Of a stretch of DNA of 64,000 bases, positions 1-10,962 are shown in pieces. This DNA comes from Acidobacteriota bacterium (GTDB lineage: Bacteria > Acidobacteriota > UBA6911). The translations under genes were made by a program, and so were the position numbers. The DNA lies in the NCBI GenBank assembly GCA_963664705.1, contig OY761556.1:1248001-1312000 (forward strand). The letters are read 5' to 3'. Under the pieces are notes generated by a model. The model saw only the letters and a list, made by a program, of their open reading frames with translations. It did no database searches and was not told the DNA's origin. Position 1 is the stretch's first letter. Every line of letters begins with the position of its first letter.

Positions 1-2908
1 ATCCACTAATCGTCAATTGCAAATATTTACCCGTGTGTGATTCCGGGCACTGGACCAGATCTTCCGGCGTGCCTTCAAACACGACCCTTCCACCCGCTTC
101 GCCTCCCTCCGGACCCAGGTCGATCACCCAGTCCGCCGTTTTGATCACGTCGAGGTTGTGTTCGATGACCAGAAGGGAATTCCCGGCGCTGATCAGCTTG
201 TCAAAGGCGGAGAGAAGCTTTCGGATGTCATCGAAATGAAGGCCGGTGGTTGGTTCGTCAAAAACGTACAGCGTGTTTTTGGTGCTGGACTTGGATATAT
301 AGGAAGCCAGTTTGATGCGCTGAGCTTCTCCTCCCGAAAGCGTGGTCGCGGACTGACCGAGACGCAGGTATCCCAGCCCGATCTCATCGAGCAGTTTCAG
401 TTTTCGAATCAGCGACGGATGACCTGCAAAGAAGTCCATGGCTTCGCGGATGGTCAGGTCAAGTACTTCCGCGATGTTTTTCGATTTGTACTGAACCTCC
501 AGAACCGCATTTTTGAAGCGCTTGCCTTTGCAGTCTTCGCACGTCAGTTCCACGTCGGCGAGAAACTGCATTTCTACCGTAACGGTTCCATTGCCCTGGC
601 ATGTTTCGCAGCGTCCGGCTTCGAGGTTGAACGAAAAATGGCCCGGCCCAAAACCGCGGCCATAGGCATCCCGTGTATCCGCAAAGATATGCCGAATGTC
701 GTCAAAAGCTTTGGTATAGGTGGCCGGGTTGGATCGAGGGGTCCTTCCGATCGGCGACTGGTCCACAAGAATCACATCCGAGACATGTTCCGCTCCCCGG
801 AGCGCTTGGAATCCGGGCGGTGATTCCTTGAGTTCACCCTTCGCCTTCTTGATGGCTTGATACAGCACATCATGGACAAGCGTCGATTTACCGCTGCCGC
901 TGACTCCCGTGATGCAAACCAGCATGCCAAGCGGAATCCGGACATCGATGTTTTTCAGATTGTGTGCGTAGGCATTCCGGATTTCGATCTTTTTGACATT
1001 GGGCTTGCGACGGAACATCGGAATCGGAATCCTGAGTTCTCCCTGGAGGTATCGGCTGGTCAACGACTGCGTATCCTTCAAAAGCGCTGGGAAATTCCCC
1101 TGGAATACGACTTCGCCTCCAAGCTCACCGGCCCTCGGACCCAGATCGACAATGTAGTCGGCGGAACGCATGATCTCCTGATCGTGTTCTACGACCAGTA
1201 CCGTATTGCCGAGCGATTGGAGGCTCTTGAGAATGTCCACCAGTCTGCGGCTGTCTCTCGGATGCAGCCCGATGCTGGGTTCGTCGAGAACATAGAGAGC
1301 GCCTACGAGCGTGGATCCCAGCGATGTTGCCAGTTGAATGCGCTGGGATTCGCCGCCGGACAGGGTGGAGGAAAGACGATCCAGGGCAATGTAGTCCAAG
1401 CCTACACGGACCAGGAGATCGAGCCGGTGCCTGATTTCCGCCAGAATTCGTTCCGCAATGGAGGACTGTTGTGCCGTGAGCGGGAGGCTTGCAAAAAAAA
1501 CGGCTGCCTGTGCGATGGTCATGTGCGTTACATCGGTGATCGATTTGCCGCCAATTCTCACATCGCGTGCCTCCTGGCGCAGGCGCTCGCCGCGGCACGA
1601 CAGACAGGTCGCATACCCGCGGTAGCGGCTGATAAAAATGCGGACATGCATCTTGTATTTCTTCTGTTCCAGGTAAGCGAAAAAGCCGAGGACGCCCGGG
1701 AACCGGCCGTGACCCTGGATAATTTTTTCCCGGTCGCTCTCCGGCAGTTCCTGCCATGGAGTGTCGACGGAGATATCCTCCTGGGCCGCAAACTGCAGCA
1801 GCCTGCTGTGAAAGCTGCGATAGCGAGGTTTGGTCCAGGGATTGATGGCGCCGGCTGTCAGGCTTTTGGATTTGTCGGGGATGATCAGATCCAGATCGAT
1901 CGTGAGCGTATTCCCAAAGCCCTGGCATTCGGGGCAGGCTCCGAACGGATTATTGAAGGAGAAGAGCCGCGGTTCCGGTTCCTGGTAGGAGACATGGCAC
2001 AACTGACATTCGAACGCCTCGCTGAATTTAACCAGCGTTCCGGCCGGGTGGGGAAGCCAGCGGATATCCGGATGATCCGCCGCAATCATGCGCTCGGTTT
2101 CCGACGCGTCATCCGCCAGGAGAATCAACTCGATATGCCCCTCGGAGTCGCGACTGCATACTTCAATGGAATCCACGAGTCGCTTGCGAATGTCCGGCTG
2201 AACAACAAGGCGGTCGACAACGACGTGCGCTTCCTTGTTGCTGCTCTTTGCCATCGTCTCAACCGCTTCTGAAAGATCGACCAGTTCACGGCCGATGAGC
2301 AGCCGGACATATCCCTGCTGCTGTAGTCCTGGAAGAATTACAGCCAGTCGATCCTCCGGCTGGGAGGATGTGGAAGAGCTCTTCGCGCGACGGGAATGGC
2401 CATCGGCGGCAGGGACGGGCATATCCAGCTGCAGCTTCATGCAGAGATAGATCTTCTGCCCTGCGGGCAGTGACATGACGAAGTCTGCAATGCTTTCCGG
2501 CGAATCTTTCCCGACAACGCGTCCACAAACATGGCAGTAGGTAATGCCGATGCGGGCGTAGAGAAGCCTTAGATAATCGTTGATTTCCGTTACCGTTCCG
2601 ACGGTAGAGCGGGGATTTCGCGAGTAATTTCTTTGGCGGATTGCAAGCGCCGGGCAAATGCCCTCGATGTCGTCTACATCCGGCCGGTCGATCCTCTCCA
2701 GAAACTGACGCGCGTAGGCCGAGAGGGAAGCAATGTATCTCCGCTGGCCTTCAGCGTAGAGCGTATCAAAAGCAAAGCTGCTTTTGCCGCTTCCAGATAC
2801 ACCGGTGACGACGGTCAGAGAATTCAGCGGGATCTCGACCGTTACGTTCTTGAGATTGTGAACCCTGGCTCCTTTAACGACGATGGCTTCTTTTTGATCT
2901 GCGCTCAA
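1..2908 (-). CDS. uvrA: Excinuclease ABC subunit A (stop codon lies just outside the window)
   Basis: Not in the ORF track because no stop falls inside the window. Manual translation from TTG 2908 gives ..IVVKGARVHNLKNVTVEIPLNSLTVVTGVSGSGKSSFAFDTLYAEGQRRY..; the same frame near position 1 reads ..VIEHNLDVIKTADWVIDLGPEGGEAGGRVVFEGTPE.., the typical UvrA termini. Confidence 0.95.
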   Translation of the reverse strand, partial: MSADQKEAIVVKGARVHNLKNVTVEIPLNSLTVVTGVSGSGKSSFAFDTLYAEGQRRYIASLSAYARQFLERIDRPDVDDIEGICPALAIRQRNYSRNPRSTVGTVTEINDYLRLLYARIGITYCHVCGRVVGKDSPESIADFVMSLPAGQKIYLCMKLQLDMPVPAADGHSRRAKSSSTSSQPEDRLAVILPGLQQQGYVRLLIGRELVDLSEAVETMAKSSNKEAHVVVDRLVVQPDIRKRLVDSIEVCSRDSEGHIELILLADDASETERMIAADHPDIRWLPHPAGTLVKFSEAFECQLCHVSYQEPEPRLFSFNNPFGACPECQGFGNTLTIDLDLIIPDKSKSLTAGAINPWTKPRYRSFHSRLLQFAAQEDISVDTPWQELPESDREKIIQGHGRFPGVLGFFAYLEQKKYKMHVRIFISRYRGYATCLSCRGERLRQEARDVRIGGKSITDVTHMTIAQAAVFFASLPLTAQQSSIAERILAEIRHRLDLLVRVGLDYIALDRLSSTLSGGESQRIQLATSLGSTLVGALYVLDEPSIGLHPRDSRRLVDILKSLQSLGNTVLVVEHDQEIMRSADYIVDLGPRAGELGGEVVFQGNFPALLKDTQSLTSRYLQGELRIPIPMFRRKPNVKKIEIRNAYAHNLKNIDVRIPLGMLVCITGVSGSGKSTLVHDVLYQAIKKAKGELKESPPGFQALRGAEHVSDVILVDQSPIGRTPRSNPATYTKAFDDIRHIFADTRDAYGRGFGPGHFSFNLEAGRCETCQGNGTVTVEMQFLADVELTCEDCKGKRFKNAVLEVQYKSKNIAEVLDLTIREAMDFFAGHPSLIRKLKLLDEIGLGYLRLGQSATTLSGGEAQRIKLASYISKSSTKNTLYVFDEPTTGLHFDDIRKLLSAFDKLISAGNSLLVIEHNLDVIKTADWVIDLGPEGGEAGGRVVFEGTPEDLVQCPESHTGKYLQLTISG

Positions 2909-2984
2909 TGGCAAAACCCCAGTTAGAGAACGATGTATGTTATGGAGCCCTGCGATCCTTGTCAATTGTCCGCGCGGGAGCAGT

Positions 2985-3082
2985 TTGGAGATTGCCGGTA
3001 TGCAGGGTCTCCGGCGAGGCAATTCGCAATCTCCAATCTCCAATCCGAAACCGGCCATCCTCGATCCAAAAACCGAAATCTG
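2985..3082. repeat. Degenerate heptamer array with inverted partner (divergent intergenic region)
   Basis: CAATTCG CAATCTC CAATCTC CAATCCG.. with 7-bp periodicity; TTGGAGATTGC (2985-2995) is the reverse complement of GCAATCTCCAA (3026-3036). Confidence 0.6.
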
Positions 3083-3124
3083 GGACTAACAATAACTGCC
3101 GATCATTGGTACAATTCGCCCCCG

Positions 3125-4135
3125 ATGCCACCGAGAATTGTATCTATCCTGGAAGTCACTCCTCCTGCCGGGGTTCCCGGGGGGGAACTTGTCATGAAAT
3201 GCCGCGGCTTCAAGCCGGATGTTACCTCCAGAGTTCTGTTTGGGAATGTGGAGGCGCTCATTCTCTCCGCATCCGCCGACCGGATTTTTGCGCGGCTTCC
3301 GGAAAGTCCGCAAAGTCTGGGCGTTTCTCTGAAAGTTGGAAATGCAGTCTCGCCGGTTTTCGCCTTCAGCCTCGCCTCCAGACTTGCCTCCGATCTCCAC
3401 CCGGTGGCCAATCCGGTGGTGGCCCCGGATGGATCCATCATTACCACCATCAGCGGAGGCCGGGGCGAGCACGTTTCCCAGCCACTGGTCCGCGTTACCC
3501 GGCATGGAGATAAGATACCGTACAATTGCGATGTTACGAATCCAACCGGCCTTGCCTTTTCGCCGGATGGCCAGCTGTATATTTCGAGCCGCCATGACGG
3601 GACGGTCCTCCGATATACCGACTACGATCGGATCGAGGTTGTGGCGGACGACCTGGGAATTCCATGCGGAATTGCCTTTGATTCCAACGGCCTGTTGTAT
3701 GTCGGGGATCGAACCGGAAGGATTTACCGGGTCGACTCTGCCGGGAACAAAGAGGAATTTGCCCAACTGGAGCCGAGTATCGCCGCTTACCATCTGGCCA
3801 TAGACTCCGAGGATCGCGTCTATGTTACGGGTCCCACTTTTTCGATGCGCGACCGCCTGATCCGCCTTTCGCGTGAAGGGAAAAGTGAAACCGTGGCGGA
3901 GGGCCTGGCTCGGCCACAGGGTATGGCATTTCTGCCGGACGGGGATCTGCTCGTATGTGCCGGCTACCAGGGGAGGAAAGGCGTATTCCGATACTCGCCC
4001 GGGAATGGTTCGTTCACGCACTTTATTACCGCGCCCATCCTCATCGGACTCGCGGTTGCGGGGAAAGAGCTTTTCCTGGCAACAAAGGATGCCATCTACT
4101 GGACGTCTCTTCCCGGCAATCCTTCCGTAAACTAG
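3125..4135 (+). CDS. IPT/TIG domain + SMP-30/gluconolactonase (NHL-like) beta-propeller protein
   Basis: N-terminal IPT-like segment (VTPPAGVPGGELVMKCRGF..VLFG) and repeated PTGLAFSPDGQLYIS / PCGIAFDSNGLLYVG / PQGMAFLPDGDLLV blades. Start placed at ATG 3125 because the upstream part of the ORF is heptamer repeat. Confidence 0.75.
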   Translation: MPPRIVSILEVTPPAGVPGGELVMKCRGFKPDVTSRVLFGNVEALILSASADRIFARLPESPQSLGVSLKVGNAVSPVFAFSLASRLASDLHPVANPVVAPDGSIITTISGGRGEHVSQPLVRVTRHGDKIPYNCDVTNPTGLAFSPDGQLYISSRHDGTVLRYTDYDRIEVVADDLGIPCGIAFDSNGLLYVGDRTGRIYRVDSAGNKEEFAQLEPSIAAYHLAIDSEDRVYVTGPTFSMRDRLIRLSREGKSETVAEGLARPQGMAFLPDGDLLVCAGYQGRKGVFRYSPGNGSFTHFITAPILIGLAVAGKELFLATKDAIYWTSLPGNPSVN

Positions 4136-4189
4136 GCGCTTGTTCGAGTTTGCGGAATACCTTCGCATTGGTTGCTTCTCCGGATAAAC

Positions 4190-5353
4190 ATGAGAATCGG
4201 TGTCGTGGGTGCACGGGCGGCTGGAGCTTATGCTGCGCAGCTAATGGCGCAGCAGGGGCACGAGGTTTTTCTTTTCGACCACAGCGCCGGTCGTGAAAAG
4301 CCCTGCGGAGGAGGAGTGACCGCAAAAGCGCTCCGCCGGATGCCCTGGTTCCATGTGCAACCGCTCCCGCGCACAGTGATTGAAAAGGTCCGGCTTGTTA
4401 CGCATGACGGCTATGCTGCCGATCTTCCCCTGCCGCATCCGATCCATGTTTTTTCGCGACCCAGCCTGGATAAGCACCTACTGCAATGGGCGGTCGATTC
4501 CGGAGTTCAGTTTCTTCCAGAGCGCGTCCTGAATCTGCATCACGATGGGATGGGTTGGTCTATTGAAACCCATTCCGGTGAAAAGGGCGTGGATTACCTG
4601 GTGGGCGCGGATGGAGTGAACAGCATTGTCCGAGCAAAAATGATCGGGCACTTTCCTGCCTGCGACCTGTCCCTGGCTATCGGATATCACCTGTCCGGTC
4701 TTTTTGATCCGAGAATGCTGCTGATTCATTTTCAGGAGAGCGGATTTCGGGGCTACTTGTGGTCTTTTCCCCGCGTTAATCACTCGACGGTCGGAATACT
4801 CCAATCGCTTGCGGGAACAAAGGTGGCGGATTTGAAGCAGCGGGTGGAGAACCTTATCGACGCAAGGTACCCCAATTCCGACTCTCAGCGGACATTCTAC
4901 GCAGCCAGGATCCCATGTCTGAGCCGTAAATCCCTGGCTCGACAGCGTGTGTGTGGAGACAATTGGGCCCTTTTGGGCGATGCTGCAGGATTCAATGATG
5001 CCATCACCGCCGAGGGAATCTATTATGCATTGCGCTCCGCCGAGCTTTTGTCTGAATCGCTGAGACGTCGGGATCCGCGAAGCTACGAAACAGCCTGGCG
5101 AGAGGATTTCGGCGCCGAATTGCAGAGCGCGGCAGCCTGGAGAGATCGGTTTTATGGCGGCATGGTGTTATCCCGCACCTTCATCCGCCGGGCGCTGCAA
5201 ACGGTCCGATACAGCGAAATTGTACGCAGATTGCTGGATAACCTCATTGCGGGGAATATTTCCTATAATTCCCTGTTTCGCCGCCTCGCCTTCCAATCGC
5301 CCCTCATCATCCGGCAAGGCTTTCGCAATAAGTCCCAAATTTCAAAGGCATAG
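4190..5353 (+). CDS. Geranylgeranyl-reductase-family FAD-dependent oxidoreductase
   Basis: N-terminal Rossmann strand (IGVVGARAAG), KPCGGG, LVGADGVNS, GYLWSFP and LLGDAAG..AEGIYYALRS motifs. Confidence 0.8.
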   Translation: MRIGVVGARAAGAYAAQLMAQQGHEVFLFDHSAGREKPCGGGVTAKALRRMPWFHVQPLPRTVIEKVRLVTHDGYAADLPLPHPIHVFSRPSLDKHLLQWAVDSGVQFLPERVLNLHHDGMGWSIETHSGEKGVDYLVGADGVNSIVRAKMIGHFPACDLSLAIGYHLSGLFDPRMLLIHFQESGFRGYLWSFPRVNHSTVGILQSLAGTKVADLKQRVENLIDARYPNSDSQRTFYAARIPCLSRKSLARQRVCGDNWALLGDAAGFNDAITAEGIYYALRSAELLSESLRRRDPRSYETAWREDFGAELQSAAAWRDRFYGGMVLSRTFIRRALQTVRYSEIVRRLLDNLIAGNISYNSLFRRLAFQSPLIIRQGFRNKSQISKA

Positions 5354-5448
5354 CGGAACAATCTCCCCAATTTGCGAAATCCCCGGCTGGATGCCGGGTT
5401 CGTTTGCCTTCACGAATTTTGGGCCGCTTCATACTTGAACGAGCTTGA

Positions 5449-6600
<1,152 letters not shown>

Positions 6601-6692
6601 GTCCCATGTTCTCCGGTCTCGGTCGTGCAGTTCCAGCCCATTTAAATTTTCCTCCCGAATTGCACTGAGGGATAAAAAAAGAAAAGGTATAA

Positions 6693-7001
6693 ATGGAACA
6701 ACCTATTCTGATGTTGCAGACTCAAGCTCAGAATCCGTTGATTTCTTTTCTGCCGATTCTGATCGTCGGCGTTATCTTTTACCTCCTGATCTTCATGCCT
6801 ATGAGAAAGAGGCAGAAGAAGATGGAGACGATGATTTCCGAAATCAAGAACGGTGACAGAGTAATCACGAGTTCGGGCATTTACGGTGTTGTGGCGGGCG
6901 TTAAGGACAAAACCTTCATTCTCAAGATTGCCGACCAGGTGAAGATTGAGATTGCCAAGAGCGCCGTTGCAGGTCTCCAAGGTCCCGAGGAGACCCAGTA
7001 G
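6693..7001 (+). CDS. yajC: Preprotein translocase subunit YajC
   Basis: Single TM (IFYLLIFMPMRKRQKK), GDRVITSSGIYGVV; tgt-yajC-secD synteny. Confidence 0.95.
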   Translation: MEQPILMLQTQAQNPLISFLPILIVGVIFYLLIFMPMRKRQKKMETMISEIKNGDRVITSSGIYGVVAGVKDKTFILKIADQVKIEIAKSAVAGLQGPEETQ

Positions 7002-7111
7002 CCACATAGAGCGGGCAGATCCCAACAGGATCCGGGATTATTGCTTTTGTGAATCCGGCATCCTGCCTCGGGCGTCTTCCCCTAAATTGCGAACCACTGC
7101 TTAGGTGACTT

Positions 7112-8722
7112 ATGCAGAAGAATTTGAAATGGAAGCTCATCCTGGTGCTTGTGTTGATGGCGATCTGCATCTATTTCTTCGTTAGTCCGAAGGAAAAAGG
7201 TGCTCCGCTTTTGTCCAGGATTAATTTGGGTCTCGATCTGAAGGGTGGAATTCACCTTGTCCTGCGGGTAATGACGGATGACGCGCTGAATCGCGAGCTT
7301 CTACAGGATTCCGATCGGATTGCGCAGGAAATGAAGTCCAAGAATATTGCCTACACCAGCTCCAAAAAGGGGAATGGTTATACCGTCGAAGTGGCGGGAG
7401 TCGATTCCACCAGGGAAAACGAAGTGCGGGCATATCTCGATACGACCTATGGTCGGAAATATGCGGTACGCAGCTCTGTCTCGGAAGGCAAAACGAATTT
7501 CAGCCTGAGCATGGCGGCGTCCTATATCCGCGAAACCAAGGAATCCACCGTGCGGCAGGCGCTTGAAACGATTCGACGCAGAGTGGATGCACTGGGAGTC
7601 GCGGAGCCAAGCCTCCAGATTTACGGCGGAAGCGGCGACGAAGTTCAGGATCAGATTATTGTGGAACTTCCGGGAATTGATGATCCCGACCGCGTAAAAG
7701 GACTTTTGGAGAACACCGCTCAGCTCGAGCTTCGCCTGGTTAAAAAAGATCAGGGCGGCCCATTCTCCAGCATCGAGTCGGCGGTTCAGGCCAATGGCGG
7801 AACCATCTCCGATGAATACTCGATCCTTCCCTATCGCGAAGACAAAAGCGATCAGAGCCAACTGGAATACCTGGTCATCAGCAAAGTCCCGGTCATTACC
7901 GGAAAGGATCTGAAAACCGCACGCCAGAGCACCGATTCCAATGGCGCGCCGGCCGTCAGCTTCTTCCTGACATCGGATGGAGCCCAGCTGTTTTCGAGAG
8001 CAACCGAGCAGCACATCGGCGAAAGGCTGGCGATCGTTCTGGATAACGTCGTCAGTTCCGCTCCCACGATTCAGGACCGGATCAGTGCCGAGGGTATCAT
8101 TCATGGCCGCTTCACCATGCAACAGGCCAATGACCTTGCCCTGCTGCTGCGATCGGGTGCGCTGCCGGCATCGCTCCGCATTGAGCATGATCAGAGCGTC
8201 GGTGCTTCATTAGGAAATGACTCGATCCGTTCCGGCATTATGGCCTCTATGATCGGGTTTGGCCTGGTTGTGATCATCATGATCGTGTACTACAAGCACT
8301 CCGGTTTGAACGCGATCTGGTGCCTCCTGGGCAATCTGATTATCCTGATGGGGTTCATGGGCGTGGTCGGTGCAACCCTGACATTGCCCGGTATTGCCGG
8401 AGTCATTCTGACAATCGGTATGGCGGTAGACTCCAACATCCTCATTTTTGAGAGGATCCGTGAAGAGCTGAGAGCCGGCAAAACCGTGCGGGCCGCCATC
8501 GATACAGGTTTCAGCAAAGTGTTCTGGACGATTCTCGACACCCACCTTACGACGCTGATTTCTGCCGCATTCCTGTTCCAATTCGGGACCGGTCCGATCC
8601 GAGGGTTTGCAGTTACCCTGACCGTTGGGCTTCTGGCGAATGTGTTTACGGCTGTCTGGGTATCGCATCGACTGTTTGAATCGATGCTGGGTAATCGCAG
8701 AGTTGAGGCATTGTCAATTTAG
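7112..8722 (+). CDS. secD: Protein translocase subunit SecD
   Basis: LGLDLKGG, IRRRVDALGVAEP, LRSGALPA, TLPGIAGVILTIGMAVDSNILIFERIREE. Confidence 0.97.
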   Translation: MQKNLKWKLILVLVLMAICIYFFVSPKEKGAPLLSRINLGLDLKGGIHLVLRVMTDDALNRELLQDSDRIAQEMKSKNIAYTSSKKGNGYTVEVAGVDSTRENEVRAYLDTTYGRKYAVRSSVSEGKTNFSLSMAASYIRETKESTVRQALETIRRRVDALGVAEPSLQIYGGSGDEVQDQIIVELPGIDDPDRVKGLLENTAQLELRLVKKDQGGPFSSIESAVQANGGTISDEYSILPYREDKSDQSQLEYLVISKVPVITGKDLKTARQSTDSNGAPAVSFFLTSDGAQLFSRATEQHIGERLAIVLDNVVSSAPTIQDRISAEGIIHGRFTMQQANDLALLLRSGALPASLRIEHDQSVGASLGNDSIRSGIMASMIGFGLVVIIMIVYYKHSGLNAIWCLLGNLIILMGFMGVVGATLTLPGIAGVILTIGMAVDSNILIFERIREELRAGKTVRAAIDTGFSKVFWTILDTHLTTLISAAFLFQFGTGPIRGFAVTLTVGLLANVFTAVWVSHRLFESMLGNRRVEALSI

Positions 8723-8792
8723 GGGAACTTTAGGGCGCCGGATGGTGTCCATATGAAGGACAAAATCCGGTAAGTCCATCCGAGGGATTTTT

Positions 8793-9989
8793 GTGGAAAT
8801 CTTTAAACAGATCTCGATCGATTGGTTGAGCAAGAAATGGTGGTTCTTCGGTCTCTCCTGGTTGCTGATTGCGCTGGGAGCTATCGGATATGTCACGCAT
8901 GGCGGTTTGAGCTACGGAATTGATTTCACAGGCGGAACGGTCATTCAGGCTAAATTCGCAGAAAAGCCAGATTTGGATGCGCTCCGGAGTGCATTGAAAA
9001 CCGAGGCGAAATCGCCGCCATTGATTCAAAGCTATGGCGACCCGGCAGCGAATGAAGTGCAGATCCGGATGCAGATGATTCCAGGCTCTGAGAAGGGGAC
9101 AGAATCTGGACGCGGAGCCGTTCTGGCCTTGATGCGGAAGGCATTCGATAAGGATCACGTGAACAGCAGCCAGGCCGACTTCAACAACATTGGCGCGGAT
9201 GCGCTGTACAAGACTCTGCTGGGAGCGGATCCGGACAACCTGCGCAACCAGGGAAAGACGACGCAGGAAATCGATACGTATTACGGCAACCTGGCGAAAT
9301 CCCTGAAAAATTTCCGGGATACGACGCGAGGCGGGCTGGTCCAGTCTCTGGATGATTTGAAAAATGCTCCCGGGGTTACGGATGCCGTGATTGCCAAGCT
9401 GAAGGCTGACTTTTTTGCAGGCCGACTGGCAATTAAAGCCTATGAAAATGTAAGCGCCGTGGTTGGGTCGGATTTGAGACGCCGGGCAATGCTTGCCGTG
9501 GGGCTTTCGTTCCTGGGTATGCTTGTGTATGTGGGATTCCGGTTCAAGCCGATTTACGGCGTGGCCGCGGTAGTTGCGCTGTTCCATGACTTGGCTGTAA
9601 CACTAGGTTTGTTTGCGCTTACGCAGAAGGAAATATCCCTGACGGTAATTGCGGCGCTATTGACCCTTGTCGGTTATTCCATGAACGATACCATCGTCGT
9701 GTTTGACCGTGTTCGTGAAAATCTCAGGGTTGTTCGCAAGGAATCTCTATTCAAGATTCTGAATATGAGTATTAACCAGACTTTTGCCCGGACATTGCTG
9801 ACATCGCTTACGACGTTTGTCTCTGTCTGTGCTTTGTTTCTGTTTGGTGGAGAGGTCCTCAACGGTTTTTCATTTGCATTGACCGTCGGGATCCTGATCG
9901 GCACCTATTCCTCGATTGCTATTGCATCTCCCATCGTGGAATGGTGGTATCGCTCTATTGACCAGAAGTCAAAAAATAAGGCCGCATAG
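8793..9989 (+). CDS. secF: Protein translocase subunit SecF (with periplasmic insertion)
   Basis: GIDFTGG, ALFHD, LTLVGYSMNDTIVVFDRVRE, GTYSSIAIASP; at 398 aa it is longer than typical SecF. Confidence 0.95.
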   Translation: MEIFKQISIDWLSKKWWFFGLSWLLIALGAIGYVTHGGLSYGIDFTGGTVIQAKFAEKPDLDALRSALKTEAKSPPLIQSYGDPAANEVQIRMQMIPGSEKGTESGRGAVLALMRKAFDKDHVNSSQADFNNIGADALYKTLLGADPDNLRNQGKTTQEIDTYYGNLAKSLKNFRDTTRGGLVQSLDDLKNAPGVTDAVIAKLKADFFAGRLAIKAYENVSAVVGSDLRRRAMLAVGLSFLGMLVYVGFRFKPIYGVAAVVALFHDLAVTLGLFALTQKEISLTVIAALLTLVGYSMNDTIVVFDRVRENLRVVRKESLFKILNMSINQTFARTLLTSLTTFVSVCALFLFGGEVLNGFSFALTVGILIGTYSSIAIASPIVEWWYRSIDQKSKNKAA

Positions 9990-10070
9990 TGAAACTTATG
10001 TGGATGATGTTGTTGGTGAGAACTGCTCAAAGGTTTGAGAATCTTGGGAATGCGGGCAGCGAGAATTGTC

Positions 10071-10107
10071 TTGACAGTTTTTTGGACCCGATATTAAGAT
10101 CGGGTCC
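10071..10107 (+). promoter_or_regulatory. Putative sigma70 promoter of the tonB operon with overlapping palindrome
   Basis: TTGACA (10071-10076)-N18-TAAGAT (10095-10100); perfect inverted repeat GGACCCGAT-N6-ATCGGGTCC (10084-10107). Confidence 0.55.
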
Positions 10108-10173
10108 TCATTTTGTCACCGCAGCAGGCCCAGCCCAATTCTCAGGACCACGGGCAGTTTACGAGGGGGACAC

Positions 10174-10926
10174 ATGTTTGAAGATGTAGACCAAATGAAT
10201 CAATCGGATGGCTTAAAGCGAGTTTCTTCGCTAGTCGTTTCGATCATACTGCATTTCGTGCTGATCATAACCGTGATCATCATGCCGCTCGTTTTTTTCA
10301 ATGTGTTACCGGAAAGCGAGCTCCTCACGTTTTTGATTGCGCCACCGCCGCCACCACCACCGCCCCCACCGCCACCGCCACCGCCGACTAATGTGAGAAC
10401 ACAGCCGAAGGTTGCCGTGGTTGATCCAAACCAGTTCGTCGCCCCCACCGAAATTCCGAAAGAAATTCCACCTCCAGTTGATGAAGCGCCCGTTATCGGG
10501 GTCAGCAATATCGTCGGTGGAATTCCGGGCGGAGTTGCCGGAGGAGTGACAGGAGGGGTCCCGGGTGGAATCGTAGGCAATTTACTTTCAGGCGCAGCGC
10601 CGGTCGCGCCGCCACCACCACCGAAGCCGGTGAAACGTGATCCGATCAAAGTCGGTGGCAACGTACAGGAATCCAAACTTATCAGGAAAGTCGAACCGAT
10701 TTATCCTGAACTTGCAAAACGCGCACGTGTTCAGGGCAGAGTCGTTCTCGTCGTAACTGTTGACGAAGAAGGCAACGTTTCTGATATCAAGGTTTCCAAT
10801 GGTCATCCTTTACTGGATGAGGCTGCGATTACTGCCGTGAAACAGTGGAAGTACTCTCCGACACTGCTGAATGGAGAGCCGGTCCCTGTGATCGCTACCG
10901 TGACTGTAATTTTTAACTTGAAATAG
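10174..10926 (+). CDS. tonB: Energy transducer TonB family protein
   Basis: N-terminal TM with SxxxH, 15-Pro run, TonB_C domain (PIYPELAKRARVQGRVVL..AVKQWKYSP). Confidence 0.9.
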   Translation: MFEDVDQMNQSDGLKRVSSLVVSIILHFVLIITVIIMPLVFFNVLPESELLTFLIAPPPPPPPPPPPPPPPTNVRTQPKVAVVDPNQFVAPTEIPKEIPPPVDEAPVIGVSNIVGGIPGGVAGGVTGGVPGGIVGNLLSGAAPVAPPPPPKPVKRDPIKVGGNVQESKLIRKVEPIYPELAKRARVQGRVVLVVTVDEEGNVSDIKVSNGHPLLDEAAITAVKQWKYSPTLLNGEPVPVIATVTVIFNLK

Positions 10927-10962
10927 TTTTCCCCAAATATCAAATCGGAGGTTAGAAATTCG

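Noticed and set aside
158-2926. Long + strand ORFs 158-823, 857-2272 and 2633-2926
   Set aside because: Antisense shadows of uvrA, which occupies the - strand in one open frame.
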